DNA of 64,000 nucleotides from Acidimicrobiales bacterium (GTDB lineage: Bacteria > Actinomycetota > Acidimicrobiia > Acidimicrobiales > SZUA-35), in contig JBLINY010000003.1 in NCBI GenBank assembly GCA_047638695.1, forward strand, positions 21,035 through 85,034. The letters run 5' to 3'. The notes below the pieces were generated by a model that searched no databases, was not told the origin of the DNA, and saw only the letters and a list, made by a program, of their open reading frames with translations. Position numbers and translations under genes: made by a program. The stretch's first letter is position 1; every line of letters begins with the position of its first letter. Below, one piece after another: positions 56,365 to 64,000 of this stretch.

Positions 56365-56736
56365 TTATGGTCGGCGACAGACCACGCAGAACTCGCCACC
56401 CTCGGGATCGGCCATGACCGTCGCGGTCATACCTTGATGGCCCGGCCCATCGGCCGGGTTGATAACCGTGGCACCCAGCGCTTGGAGCTCAGCGATCGCT
56501 TCGATGTCGTTGGTGACGAAGAGATCGAAATGAAGTCGGTGCTTGGCCGTCTTACCTTCGGGGACCCGTTGGATCGTCAGATGGTTCAGCGGTCGGCCAA
56601 CCTCAGAGTCCGAGAGCGTGTAGTACGGCTGTCCATCGCCCACCCGTGTCTTGAACCCGATGGCCTTCTGCCAAAAATCAGCGATGAGGTCCGGATCGTT
56701 GGCATCGAGCGTGGTTCCAATAGCGCGTACTTCCAT
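56365..56736 (-). CDS. VOC-family (glyoxalase-like) protein
   Basis: 123 aa with a HLHFDL-type metal-ligand region. Confidence 0.7.
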   Translation of the reverse strand: MEVRAIGTTLDANDPDLIADFWQKAIGFKTRVGDGQPYYTLSDSEVGRPLNHLTIQRVPEGKTAKHRLHFDLFVTNDIEAIAELQALGATVINPADGPGHQGMTATVMADPEGGEFCVVCRRP

Positions 56737-56787
56737 ACCGCGACACTACGAGCGACCGTCTGTGACGGCAACGAAATGCTGCTCTTA

Positions 56788-57885
56788 TCAGGGCATCAAG
56801 AGTACGGGCTTGATGACCTCGCCGTGATGACTGGCGGCCTCTGCCTCGTTTATCTGATCGAGTGGAAAAGTCGTGATGAGCTCATCAAACGGAAAGCGTC
56901 CGGCCCGGTGGAGCTCGATGAGCTCCGGGATGAACTGTTGTGGGATCGAATCGCCCTCGAGAATGCCGGTGATGGTGCGACCGAAAAGCACATGCCGCGG
57001 CGACACCGAAGCCATTGCATCGGGCGCTCCTGCTGCCACGAAACCGAACGTGCCCCGTGGGGCAAGTGCTCCAACCCCAGCCTCGAACGTTCCGGGTGCT
57101 CCGACGGCATCGAAGGCAAAGTCGACCCCACGACCGTCGGTCGCTTCGAGGATCTGCGCTACGACGTCATCCGACGACGTGATCGTGGCTGTCGCCCCAA
57201 GCTCGGTGGCCTTCGCCAGCCGGCCGGCATGCACATCGACCCCGATAATCGGGCCGCAGCCGACCGCTACCGCGGCGAGAAGTGCCGAGAGGCCCACCGC
57301 TCCGCATCCAAAGATGGCAATCGACTGACCCGGTCGCGGGCGAAAGACGTTCATCACCGCTCCGGCGCCGGTTTGTACACCGCAACCCAACGGACCCAAC
57401 AGTTCCAGAGGGGCGTCGTCGTCTACCGGCACCACGGAGGCAACGGGGACGACGGCGTGGGCCGAGAACGATGATTGACCGAAGAAGTGTGAACCGACCT
57501 GCGTATCGTCGAGCCGCAACGCGGCCGTGCCATCGAGCCGACAACAGTTGAAGTTGAGAGCCCACATGTTCGAGCAATAGGTGCGCTCGCCTCGCAGACA
57601 GTTCGCACAATGACCACACGAGACATAGGACAAGACCACCGGCTGGCCAACCGACAGCCCAGTCACACCGGGACCAACCGCCTCGATGTGACCCGAACCT
57701 TCATGGCCGAGCACAACCGGGTAGGGCGTTGGCCGGTGGGCCTCGCGCATCGACAGATCGGTGTGGCACATCCCGGTAGCCACGAGCTTCACCCGAACCT
57801 CGCCAGCGCGGGGCTCTTCTATCTCGACCTGCTCCAGAGTGAAGACTCCGTCGGCCTGGTGCAGAACTGCAGCTGTCGTTTTCAT
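56788..57885 (-). CDS. Zn-dependent alcohol dehydrogenase (MDR family)
   Basis: Start at MKTTAAVLH. GMCHTDL, GHEGSG, the structural-Zn Cys cluster CGHCANC and the GCGAVG NAD motif. Confidence 0.88.
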   Translation of the reverse strand: MKTTAAVLHQADGVFTLEQVEIEEPRAGEVRVKLVATGMCHTDLSMREAHRPTPYPVVLGHEGSGHIEAVGPGVTGLSVGQPVVLSYVSCGHCANCLRGERTYCSNMWALNFNCCRLDGTAALRLDDTQVGSHFFGQSSFSAHAVVPVASVVPVDDDAPLELLGPLGCGVQTGAGAVMNVFRPRPGQSIAIFGCGAVGLSALLAAVAVGCGPIIGVDVHAGRLAKATELGATATITSSDDVVAQILEATDGRGVDFAFDAVGAPGTFEAGVGALAPRGTFGFVAAGAPDAMASVSPRHVLFGRTITGILEGDSIPQQFIPELIELHRAGRFPFDELITTFPLDQINEAEAASHHGEVIKPVLLMP

Positions 57886-57886
57886 C

Positions 57887-59203
57887 TCAGTGTTCTTTCG
57901 TGGCGATAAGGCCGTCGGCGGCGAGAGCCGCAATCCGGTCATCGTCATAGCCGAGGATGTCGCGCAGCACATCCTCGTTGTCTTGACCAAGCGCGTGGGT
58001 CACCAGATCTGGCTCCGGCGGGGCATCAGCAAACTTGATGGGGAACCCGGGCACGATGATGGGACCGGTAAGCGGATCGTCGACCTCTCGTACCGCTCGT
58101 CGTTCTGTGAAGAACGGATGGTTCACCGCATCGGTGGGGTCAAGCACGGGGGCGCAAGGCACTCGCGATGCCTCGAGCTTGGCCAGGACATCGACATCTG
58201 TGGCATGGCTCTGCATCCAGTCCTCGATCTCCGCAGTAAGCGCCTCGCGGTTCTCGATGCGAGGGAGCGGGTCGGCGAAACGCGGATCCTCAGCAAACTC
58301 GGGTCGCTCCATGGCCTCCCACAAGCCGCCGATCTGCATCTGTGTGCAAAGAATGACGATCCAACCCTCAGGTCCCTGGAAGACACCTGCGGGCGACAGC
58401 GGCCCGTAGTGTCGCCCACCACGCACAGCCTCGTAGCTGGGATCCATCGAGGCCGAATGCACCGCAGTCTCTTGCATGTGGAACAACGCTTCGACCATCG
58501 AGATATCGATGTGGGTGCCCTTGCCGGTGCGGTCACGCCGGTAGAGCGCGTAACCCAACCCAGCGAAGGCATGGAAGCCAGCGTTGTTGTCGCCGAGAGC
58601 AATGCCGGTGAACGTTGGTGGACCCTCGGGGTCACCGGTCATGTGCATCAAGCCCGAATAGGCCTGGGCGATGAAATCGAACGCCGGCTTGTGGGTTAGC
58701 GGACCTGTCTGTCCGAAACCGGAGATACTGGCCATGATCAACCGAGGGTTGATGGCAGAGAGCTCGTCGTAGCCCATCCCCCGTCGTTCCATCACCCCGG
58801 TGCTGTAGTTCTCGACAACGACATCGACGTGTGGGATCAGCTCCTTCACTACGGCCACACCCTCTGGGCGAGAGAGGTCAACGGCCAAGCTGCGCTTCCC
58901 GCGGTTCTGCTGCACGAAACCGCCCGACCGCTTGTTCTTCCGTGGGACACCCGATCGTTGTGGATCGCCGTAGGGCGTCATCTCCACCTTGATGACGTCC
59001 GCCCCCATCTCGGTGAGCAGTCGGGTACACGCCGGACCGGCCAAATACTGGGTGAAGTCCAGCACTCGAACGCCCTCAAGATATGGCTCGTTCTCACTCG
59101 TTTGGTCGCTCACCAGATCGCTCTCACTCGTTTGGTCGCTCACCAGATCGCTCTCACTCGTTTGGTCGCTCACCAGATCGCTCCTTCTCCTTTGGTCGCT
59201 CAC
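57887..59203 (-). CDS. family III CoA-transferase with repeat-derived N-terminal extension
   Basis: The core starts ...NEPYLEGVRVLDFTQYLAGP. The ORF as drawn begins at GTG 59203 with (SDLVSDQTSE)x3. Equivalent in-frame GTGs lie at 59173, 59143 and 59113, so the true start is ambiguous. Confidence 0.8.
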   Translation of the reverse strand: MSDQRRRSDLVSDQTSESDLVSDQTSESDLVSDQTSENEPYLEGVRVLDFTQYLAGPACTRLLTEMGADVIKVEMTPYGDPQRSGVPRKNKRSGGFVQQNRGKRSLAVDLSRPEGVAVVKELIPHVDVVVENYSTGVMERRGMGYDELSAINPRLIMASISGFGQTGPLTHKPAFDFIAQAYSGLMHMTGDPEGPPTFTGIALGDNNAGFHAFAGLGYALYRRDRTGKGTHIDISMVEALFHMQETAVHSASMDPSYEAVRGGRHYGPLSPAGVFQGPEGWIVILCTQMQIGGLWEAMERPEFAEDPRFADPLPRIENREALTAEIEDWMQSHATDVDVLAKLEASRVPCAPVLDPTDAVNHPFFTERRAVREVDDPLTGPIIVPGFPIKFADAPPEPDLVTHALGQDNEDVLRDILGYDDDRIAALAADGLIATKEH

Positions 59204-59211
59204 CAGATCGC
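59092..59211. repeat. 30-bp tandem repeat x4 spanning a stop/start gene junction
   Basis: tctcactcgtttggtcgctcaccagatcgc at 59092, 59122 and 59152, plus a variant copy at 59182-59211. Each copy carries the GTGA stop/start overlap sequence. Confidence 0.95.
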
Positions 59212-60396
59212 TCCTTCCGCCCGTAGGTTCAGAATGGCCTCGTCGTCGTACCCCAAGTCAGCCAGCACGCTGTCGGTGTGCTCGCTGTAGTCAGCAGTCG
59301 GCCCTCGAACTCCTTTGAAGCCGTCGATGTCGAACACCGTCGGGGGACCGACGAAGCCGTCATCGAACGTGACGAGATACTCGTTGGCGATGATGTTCTC
59401 GTCAGTGGCCAGATCCTCCAGCCGGTTCACGGGCGACACCCATGCACCGCAGCCTCGAAGAGCGTCGAACCAGTGACTGGTGGTCTGGGACTTCAGATGC
59501 TCGGCAAAAATCGGCCGGAACTCATCCCGGTTTTTCATCACCTTGATGAAGCCACTGAAACGCTCCTCCTCAAGTAGATGCTCGAGCCCGATTCGGTTCG
59601 CTATCGCCGGCCATTGGGGTTCTCGGAGAGCAGCGATAGCGATCCAGCCGTCAGCCGTCTGGTAGACGGTGAACAGCGGATTGCTGGTGGTCAGCGGATC
59701 GAAGCGATCGGCCTTCTGGCCGGTGTTGGCGACGATTCCAATTGCTTGCATTTGCATCCAGAGCAGGGCTTGGGTCTGCGACGTACCGACAACGCAGCCC
59801 TTGCCTGTCGTCGAACGCTTCACCAATCCGGCCAGGACGCCCGAGGCCATGTTGGTTCCCGTCAAGATGTCGCTCATCGAACCGGGCGGATAGTTGGGCT
59901 GCTCCGACGGCGACGTCGAATCCATGAAACCGGCGTATGCCATACCAACAGTGTCCTGGCACATGTCTTCGGCCAAGGGCCCGTCCATGCCGAACCCGGC
60001 ACCGCGGCAATAGACCAGCTGCGGGTTGATCGCATGCAGCGTCTCGGGGTCGGCGCCGAAACGTTCCAAACCCGAGGCGCGCAAGTTGGTGACGAACACA
60101 TCAGCTTCTTCGATGAGCCGATGGAATACCGGACGTCCGATATCCGAGACAATGTCGAGGGCCACTGACTTCTTGTTCCGGTTTAGCGACGAATACACCC
60201 AATCACGCCCCCGATCGTCGAGCACAACTCCGAACACCGAGTGGAAGTTGCGCATCACATCGGCCTGGCCGACCTGTTCGATCTTCACAACATCGGCGCC
60301 CAAGCTGGCTAGTGCGAGGCCGGCAACCGGCCCCTGCACATACATCGACAACTCAACGACTTTTATGCCGGCAAGCGGCGGCGTCTCATCATTCAT
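59200..60396 (-). CDS. family III (CaiB/BaiF) CoA-transferase
   Basis: LAGIKVVELSMYVQGPVAG N-terminus. 398 aa. Confidence 0.88.
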   Translation of the reverse strand: MNDETPPLAGIKVVELSMYVQGPVAGLALASLGADVVKIEQVGQADVMRNFHSVFGVVLDDRGRDWVYSSLNRNKKSVALDIVSDIGRPVFHRLIEEADVFVTNLRASGLERFGADPETLHAINPQLVYCRGAGFGMDGPLAEDMCQDTVGMAYAGFMDSTSPSEQPNYPPGSMSDILTGTNMASGVLAGLVKRSTTGKGCVVGTSQTQALLWMQMQAIGIVANTGQKADRFDPLTTSNPLFTVYQTADGWIAIAALREPQWPAIANRIGLEHLLEEERFSGFIKVMKNRDEFRPIFAEHLKSQTTSHWFDALRGCGAWVSPVNRLEDLATDENIIANEYLVTFDDGFVGPPTVFDIDGFKGVRGPTADYSEHTDSVLADLGYDDEAILNLRAEGAIW

Positions 60397-60482
60397 GGTC
60401 GCAGCCTCGCAGCTGCTTCTGGTTCAGCGCCAGCGGCAGACACCAACCAAGGGCGGAGAGTCCGCCCTTGGTTCGCGAAGTC

Positions 60483-62222
60483 TTAGGCCCGGCCGTGACG
60501 GAGGAGCTTGCCCGGAACGGCTTCGGTGCATACACCGTTGTCGAACGTGACCTCGCCGTTGACGATGATCTTGTCGTAGCCCTTGGCCCGCTGCACCCGG
60601 CGCCACTCGCCGCCCGGCAGGTCGTGTTCGATGCCCCCAATCCACGGCGGATCGATGGCCAGTTCTTCCATGTCGTACACCAAGACGTCGGCCGCCTTAC
60701 CCTCTTCCAGGGTTCCCCGATCGCGGAAGCCGGCAGCATGGGCTGGCAGGTTCGAGAGACGGTAGTGCGCCTCTTCCAAGGTCACCTTCTGCTCGTCACG
60801 CACCAACCATGTGAGGAAGTCGGTGGTGTACGCACCGCCGGTGAAGAACTTGGTATGGGCTCCCCCGTCGGACACACCGGGAATGGCGAACGGAGAGTCG
60901 TTCATCATCTCGGCCATGAAGTCGGCATTCGAGCCCTTGTCCGGGCCGAGGAATTCGACGTTCAGATCGCCCATCAACGACAGATCGAGCATGACCTCGA
61001 TCGGATGCTTGTCTTCGTCCAGAGCGATGTCGCCGACCGACTTGCCGACATACTTCTGAAGATTCTCTTGGCGGTTCACTCCCTGGACGACAAGGCTCTT
61101 GGGGTTGCCACCAACGCCGGCCTGGATGACCTGAAGGCGACGGTCAGCTTCGGCCGCCTCTTCGACCAGGGCAGTGCGCAACTCCGGGTCGCGCATCTTC
61201 TCCATCTTCTCTTCCTTGGTACCGACGGTGACGGCACGCCAGGCAGGAGAAGCGTCGTAGAGGTTCCAATGTTCGAGGGTGAAAGCAAAGCCAGCGCGAC
61301 CGGTACCGCACTGGGCATAAATCGGAAGGCCCTGCTCACGACACTTGTCGATCCAGCGAAGAGGACGGCGGTGCACTTCCGGATCCTGTCGAGCCGGGGC
61401 AACCACGTTGTGCAGGATTGGGCGCTTGGCAACCCGGGCCAGCGTCTCGAGGAAGGCAAGATCCTTACGAATGTCGCCCGTGCCCTGTGTGATTTGGATG
61501 AAGCCCTCGTCACGCTCAGCCAGTACCTCGGCCAGAGCCAGAATGTCCTCGTCGTGCATGATGTCGGTGACCATGGGCGAACCGTCGTAATCGGCTTGCA
61601 CCGAATCGGGTCCCAGCCGCTGGATCGAAAAGCCACAAAGCCCGGCGTCCATGCCCTCGTGCAGCAAGCGCTGCATCTCTTTCCGTTCTTCAGGGCTGGC
61701 CATCTCGCCCGCCTTGGCCTTCTCGAGGCCCATCACGTAGGTCATCAGCGATGCCGTCGGCATGTACTGGATGACGTTCACGCCCTTGGGCTGACGATCA
61801 AGGCTGTCGAGATATTCCGGGATGGTCTCCCAATCCCAATTCATGCCCTGCTTCATCGACTCGTACGGGATGGCCTCGGTGCGCGTCATTGTGAGCATCG
61901 ACCGATCGCGGAAGTCGGGCTTCACCGGAGCGAAGCCGAAACCGCAGTTACCGAGCACGAGGCTGGTGACGCCGTGATAGCCCGAGATCGTGCACCACGG
62001 GTCCCAGCGAATCTGAGCGTCGTAGTGGGTGTGGAGATCAACGAACCCGGGGGCGACGATTTTACCGGTGGCATCAATGACCCTCTCGGCAACGCCATCG
62101 GCCCGACCTCCCAGCTTGGCGATCTTGCCGTCCTTGATCCAGATGTCAGCCTCATAGCGAGGCACCCGTGTTCCGTCGACAATCGTTCCACCGGTGATGT
62201 GCAGGTCGTAGTCAGTAGCCAT
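60483..62222 (-). CDS. amidohydrolase, N-acyl-D-amino-acid deacylase (D-aminoacylase) family
   Basis: Start at MATDYDLHITGG (GGGGA RBS 7 nt upstream). PGFVDLHTHYD metal motif. Confidence 0.8.
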   Translation of the reverse strand: MATDYDLHITGGTIVDGTRVPRYEADIWIKDGKIAKLGGRADGVAERVIDATGKIVAPGFVDLHTHYDAQIRWDPWCTISGYHGVTSLVLGNCGFGFAPVKPDFRDRSMLTMTRTEAIPYESMKQGMNWDWETIPEYLDSLDRQPKGVNVIQYMPTASLMTYVMGLEKAKAGEMASPEERKEMQRLLHEGMDAGLCGFSIQRLGPDSVQADYDGSPMVTDIMHDEDILALAEVLAERDEGFIQITQGTGDIRKDLAFLETLARVAKRPILHNVVAPARQDPEVHRRPLRWIDKCREQGLPIYAQCGTGRAGFAFTLEHWNLYDASPAWRAVTVGTKEEKMEKMRDPELRTALVEEAAEADRRLQVIQAGVGGNPKSLVVQGVNRQENLQKYVGKSVGDIALDEDKHPIEVMLDLSLMGDLNVEFLGPDKGSNADFMAEMMNDSPFAIPGVSDGGAHTKFFTGGAYTTDFLTWLVRDEQKVTLEEAHYRLSNLPAHAAGFRDRGTLEEGKAADVLVYDMEELAIDPPWIGGIEHDLPGGEWRRVQRAKGYDKIIVNGEVTFDNGVCTEAVPGKLLRHGRA

Positions 62223-62306
62223 GGCGAAATCCCCTTTTGTGTTAGTCCCTACTGACAACGCTACCCAGCTGGCGCGGCCGCGTCAGTTTCCAGCAGACTT
62301 CGACAC

Positions 62307-63230
62307 ATGAGCACCGACATGGAAGTCATCGCCACCGGCCTGCAGTTTCCCGAAGGTCCGATCGCCATGCCTGACGGCAGCGTGATCCTTGTGGAGATCG
62401 GACGCGGCACTATCAGCCGGGTTCAGCCCGACGGCACGGTCGAGGTCGTTAGCGAATGTGGCGGTGGCCCGAACGGCATCGCTTTCGGACCTGACGGCCG
62501 GATCTACGTCTGCAACAACGGTGGCTTCTCCACCTTTGTCGACGACAAAGGACGCACTCGCATCGGCAGCGAACCCGACAGCGAGGTGCAGTTGGGCTAC
62601 ATCCAGGCGGTCGATGTCGAGACAGGCGAAGCCGAGACGATCTACACCGAGGTCGACGGCAAACACCTGAGCGCGCCGAACGACATCGTGTTCGATGCCG
62701 AGGGCGGCTTCTGGTTCACCGACCACGGCAAGACGTGGGACCGCAAGCGCGATCACGGCGGCATCTACTACGCCAAGCCCGACGGCTCGCACATCGAAGA
62801 GGTCATCTATCCGGTCGAGGGTCCGAATGGCATCGGCCTTTCGCCAGACGACAAGCGGGTCTACTTCGCCGAGACCCACACCGGTCGGGTTCGCGTGCTC
62901 GACCTAGCGGGCCCGGGCAAGATCGAGTCGCCATATGGCAAGGGCACGAGGGGCCGAGTCCTGGCCGGACTCGAGGGCGAACAACTGCTCGACTCGCTGG
63001 CCGTCGATTCTGAAGACCATGTGTGTGTCGCCACTATCCGCAACGGCGGCGTCACCGACTTCGCACCTGACGGCACAACCACCCACATCCCCACCGGCGA
63101 CCTGCTCACCACCAACATCTGTTTCGGTGGCGACGACATGCGCACGGCCTACATCACCGGCAGCCTCGAAGGAACCCTCCTCAAAACGACCTGGTCCCGC
63201 CCCGGTCACCGTCTTCACTTCCAACCCTAG
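62307..63230 (+). CDS. SMP-30/gluconolactonase/LRE-family protein
   Basis: Six-bladed propeller motifs (GPNGIAF, PNDIVFD, GPNGIGLSPD). Confidence 0.85.
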   Translation: MSTDMEVIATGLQFPEGPIAMPDGSVILVEIGRGTISRVQPDGTVEVVSECGGGPNGIAFGPDGRIYVCNNGGFSTFVDDKGRTRIGSEPDSEVQLGYIQAVDVETGEAETIYTEVDGKHLSAPNDIVFDAEGGFWFTDHGKTWDRKRDHGGIYYAKPDGSHIEEVIYPVEGPNGIGLSPDDKRVYFAETHTGRVRVLDLAGPGKIESPYGKGTRGRVLAGLEGEQLLDSLAVDSEDHVCVATIRNGGVTDFAPDGTTTHIPTGDLLTTNICFGGDDMRTAYITGSLEGTLLKTTWSRPGHRLHFQP

Positions 63231-63253
63231 ACAGACCAACTTCCAGGAACATA

Positions 63254-63281
63254 TTGACATCGATCGATTTGAAGCTAGGGT
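63254..63281 (+). promoter_or_regulatory. candidate sigma-70-type promoter for the cadI/arsI-like gene
   Basis: TTGACA (63254-59), a 16-nt spacer containing the palindrome atcgatcgat, then TAGGGT (63276-81). Confidence 0.4.
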
Positions 63282-63319
63282 GAAAACCACATATCGACCA
63301 TTATCGGATCGAGAATCCC

Positions 63320-63739
63320 ATGAGAGTCCAGCTCGCACTAAACGTCGACGACCTCGACGAGTCCATCGACTTCTACACCAAGATGTTCGCCACCGAACCA
63401 ACGAAGGTAAAGCCGGGCTACGCCAACTTCGCCGTCGAAAACCCGCCCCTCAAGTTGGTGCTCTTCGAAAACAAGGGCTCGGGGGGATCACTCAATCATC
63501 TCGGCGTGGAAGTGGAAACAGCTGAGCAGGTCACCGATGCCGAGGCCCGACTGGCCGATGCCGGTCTGGAAACAACCGGCATCGACGACACCCTCTGTTG
63601 TTATGCGGCCAAGACCGAAACCTGGATCGAGGGCCCACAGACGAAGTGGGAGTGGTACGTGAAAACCGGCGACTCCGACATCCTCCTGAACACACCGCAA
63701 TCGGTTAGCGAGTGCGGCCCCGACGTCTGTTGCAGCTAG
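63320..63739 (+). CDS. ArsI/CadI-family VOC metalloenzyme
   Basis: MRVQLALNVDDLDESIDFY...LNHLGVEV, an internal vicinal Cys pair (LCCY) and a Cys-rich C-terminus (CGPDVCCS). Confidence 0.75.
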   Translation: MRVQLALNVDDLDESIDFYTKMFATEPTKVKPGYANFAVENPPLKLVLFENKGSGGSLNHLGVEVETAEQVTDAEARLADAGLETTGIDDTLCCYAAKTETWIEGPQTKWEWYVKTGDSDILLNTPQSVSECGPDVCCS

Positions 63740-63743
63740 TCAA

Positions 63744-64000
63744 TTGTTGCGGCTAAACCCTGCCCCCTTATTGGCCGAATTCATCGGCACAGCTTTTCTT
63801 CTCGTCGGGGTCGTCGGATCGGGCATCATGGCCGAACGCCTGACCGACGATGTCGGCCTCCAGCTGTTGCAAAACGCGTTCGCCACCGCCGCCGTGCTGG
63901 TAGCACTGATCCTCGCCTTCGGCGAGGCGTCCGGAGCACACTTCAACCCAGCCGTCACGCTCGCCGCCCGACTGTTCGGCGACCTCGATACGCCAACGGC
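63744..64000 (+). CDS. MIP/aquaporin-family channel (3' end cut by window edge)
   Basis: AEFIGTAFLLVGVVGSG and the first NPA box (HFNPAVTLA). A TTG start around 63744 is assumed. Confidence 0.75.
   Translation, partial: MLRLNPAPLLAEFIGTAFLLVGVVGSGIMAERLTDDVGLQLLQNAFATAAVLVALILAFGEASGAHFNPAVTLAARLFGDLDTPT

Noticed and set aside
60312-62255. Very long antisense ORFs (647 aa here; also 1056..2294, 56152..57474, 52407..53252 and others)
   Set aside because: These are typical high-GC shadow ORFs opposite genuine genes that have clear family motifs. Their translations are Arg/Pro/Gly/Ala-rich and lack domains.
3166-63739. TAG reassignment (e.g. pyrrolysine) suggested by two in-frame TAG junctions (35171, 49897)
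   Set aside because: TAG terminates many well-delimited genes in this window (e.g. 3166, 22635, 25044, 29562, 32715, 40026, 40834, 47331, 63228, 63737), all with proper C-termini. One in three adjacent same-strand genes share a frame by chance, and no pyl genes were seen.
1-64000. Prophage, ICE, transposon or defence island
   Set aside because: I saw no integrase, transposase, recombinase, phage structural gene, toxin-antitoxin pair, restriction-modification gene or tRNA attachment site. The composition looks uniform apart from 10.1-10.96 kb.

Overview
High-GC, densely packed chromosomal segment of actinobacterial type, carrying an Rv2466c-like mycothiol-type reductase, an F420/deazaflavin-type DDN, LLM oxidoreductases, class F sortases and DUF2786. 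I found about 65 protein genes and no rRNA, tRNA, CRISPR array, integrase or transposase. Layout: (1) 3.2-9.9 kb, minus strand, an archaeal-style DNA-end-resection operon herA - small acidic ORF - mre11/sbcD - rad50/sbcC - nurA-like. (2) 9.95-10.96 kb, the only large non-coding block. It contains a 91-bp tandem duplication, a minus-strand intrinsic terminator and about 0.8 kb of ORF-free, strand-asymmetric, hairpin-rich DNA with two diverged ~290-bp internal modules and a helically phased array of DnaA-box-like 9-mers. I could not assign this block to any RNA family I know, and it is my top candidate for something undescribed. (3) A heterodimeric ABC exporter pair. (4) Two genes that only make sense if an in-frame TGA is read as selenocysteine: a DsbA/Rv2466c-like reductase with UPWC replacing CPWC, and an orphan GrdB-family protein. 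Each has a hairpin at bacterial SECIS distance. (5) Two class F sortase genes, each next to a putative substrate, and the two substrates share an unusual C-terminal signal. One substrate is a transmembrane pseudokinase with DUF4397 repeats. (6) An amine-oxidase + amidase (iaaM/iaaH-like) operon. (7) A long acyl-CoA metabolism island with five family III CoA-transferase paralogs. A recurrent oddity is short (mostly 14-16 bp, plus 21, 30 and 91 bp) tandem duplications sitting exactly on gene starts or stops. All calls come from reading the ORF translations and the DNA by eye. No database search was run.
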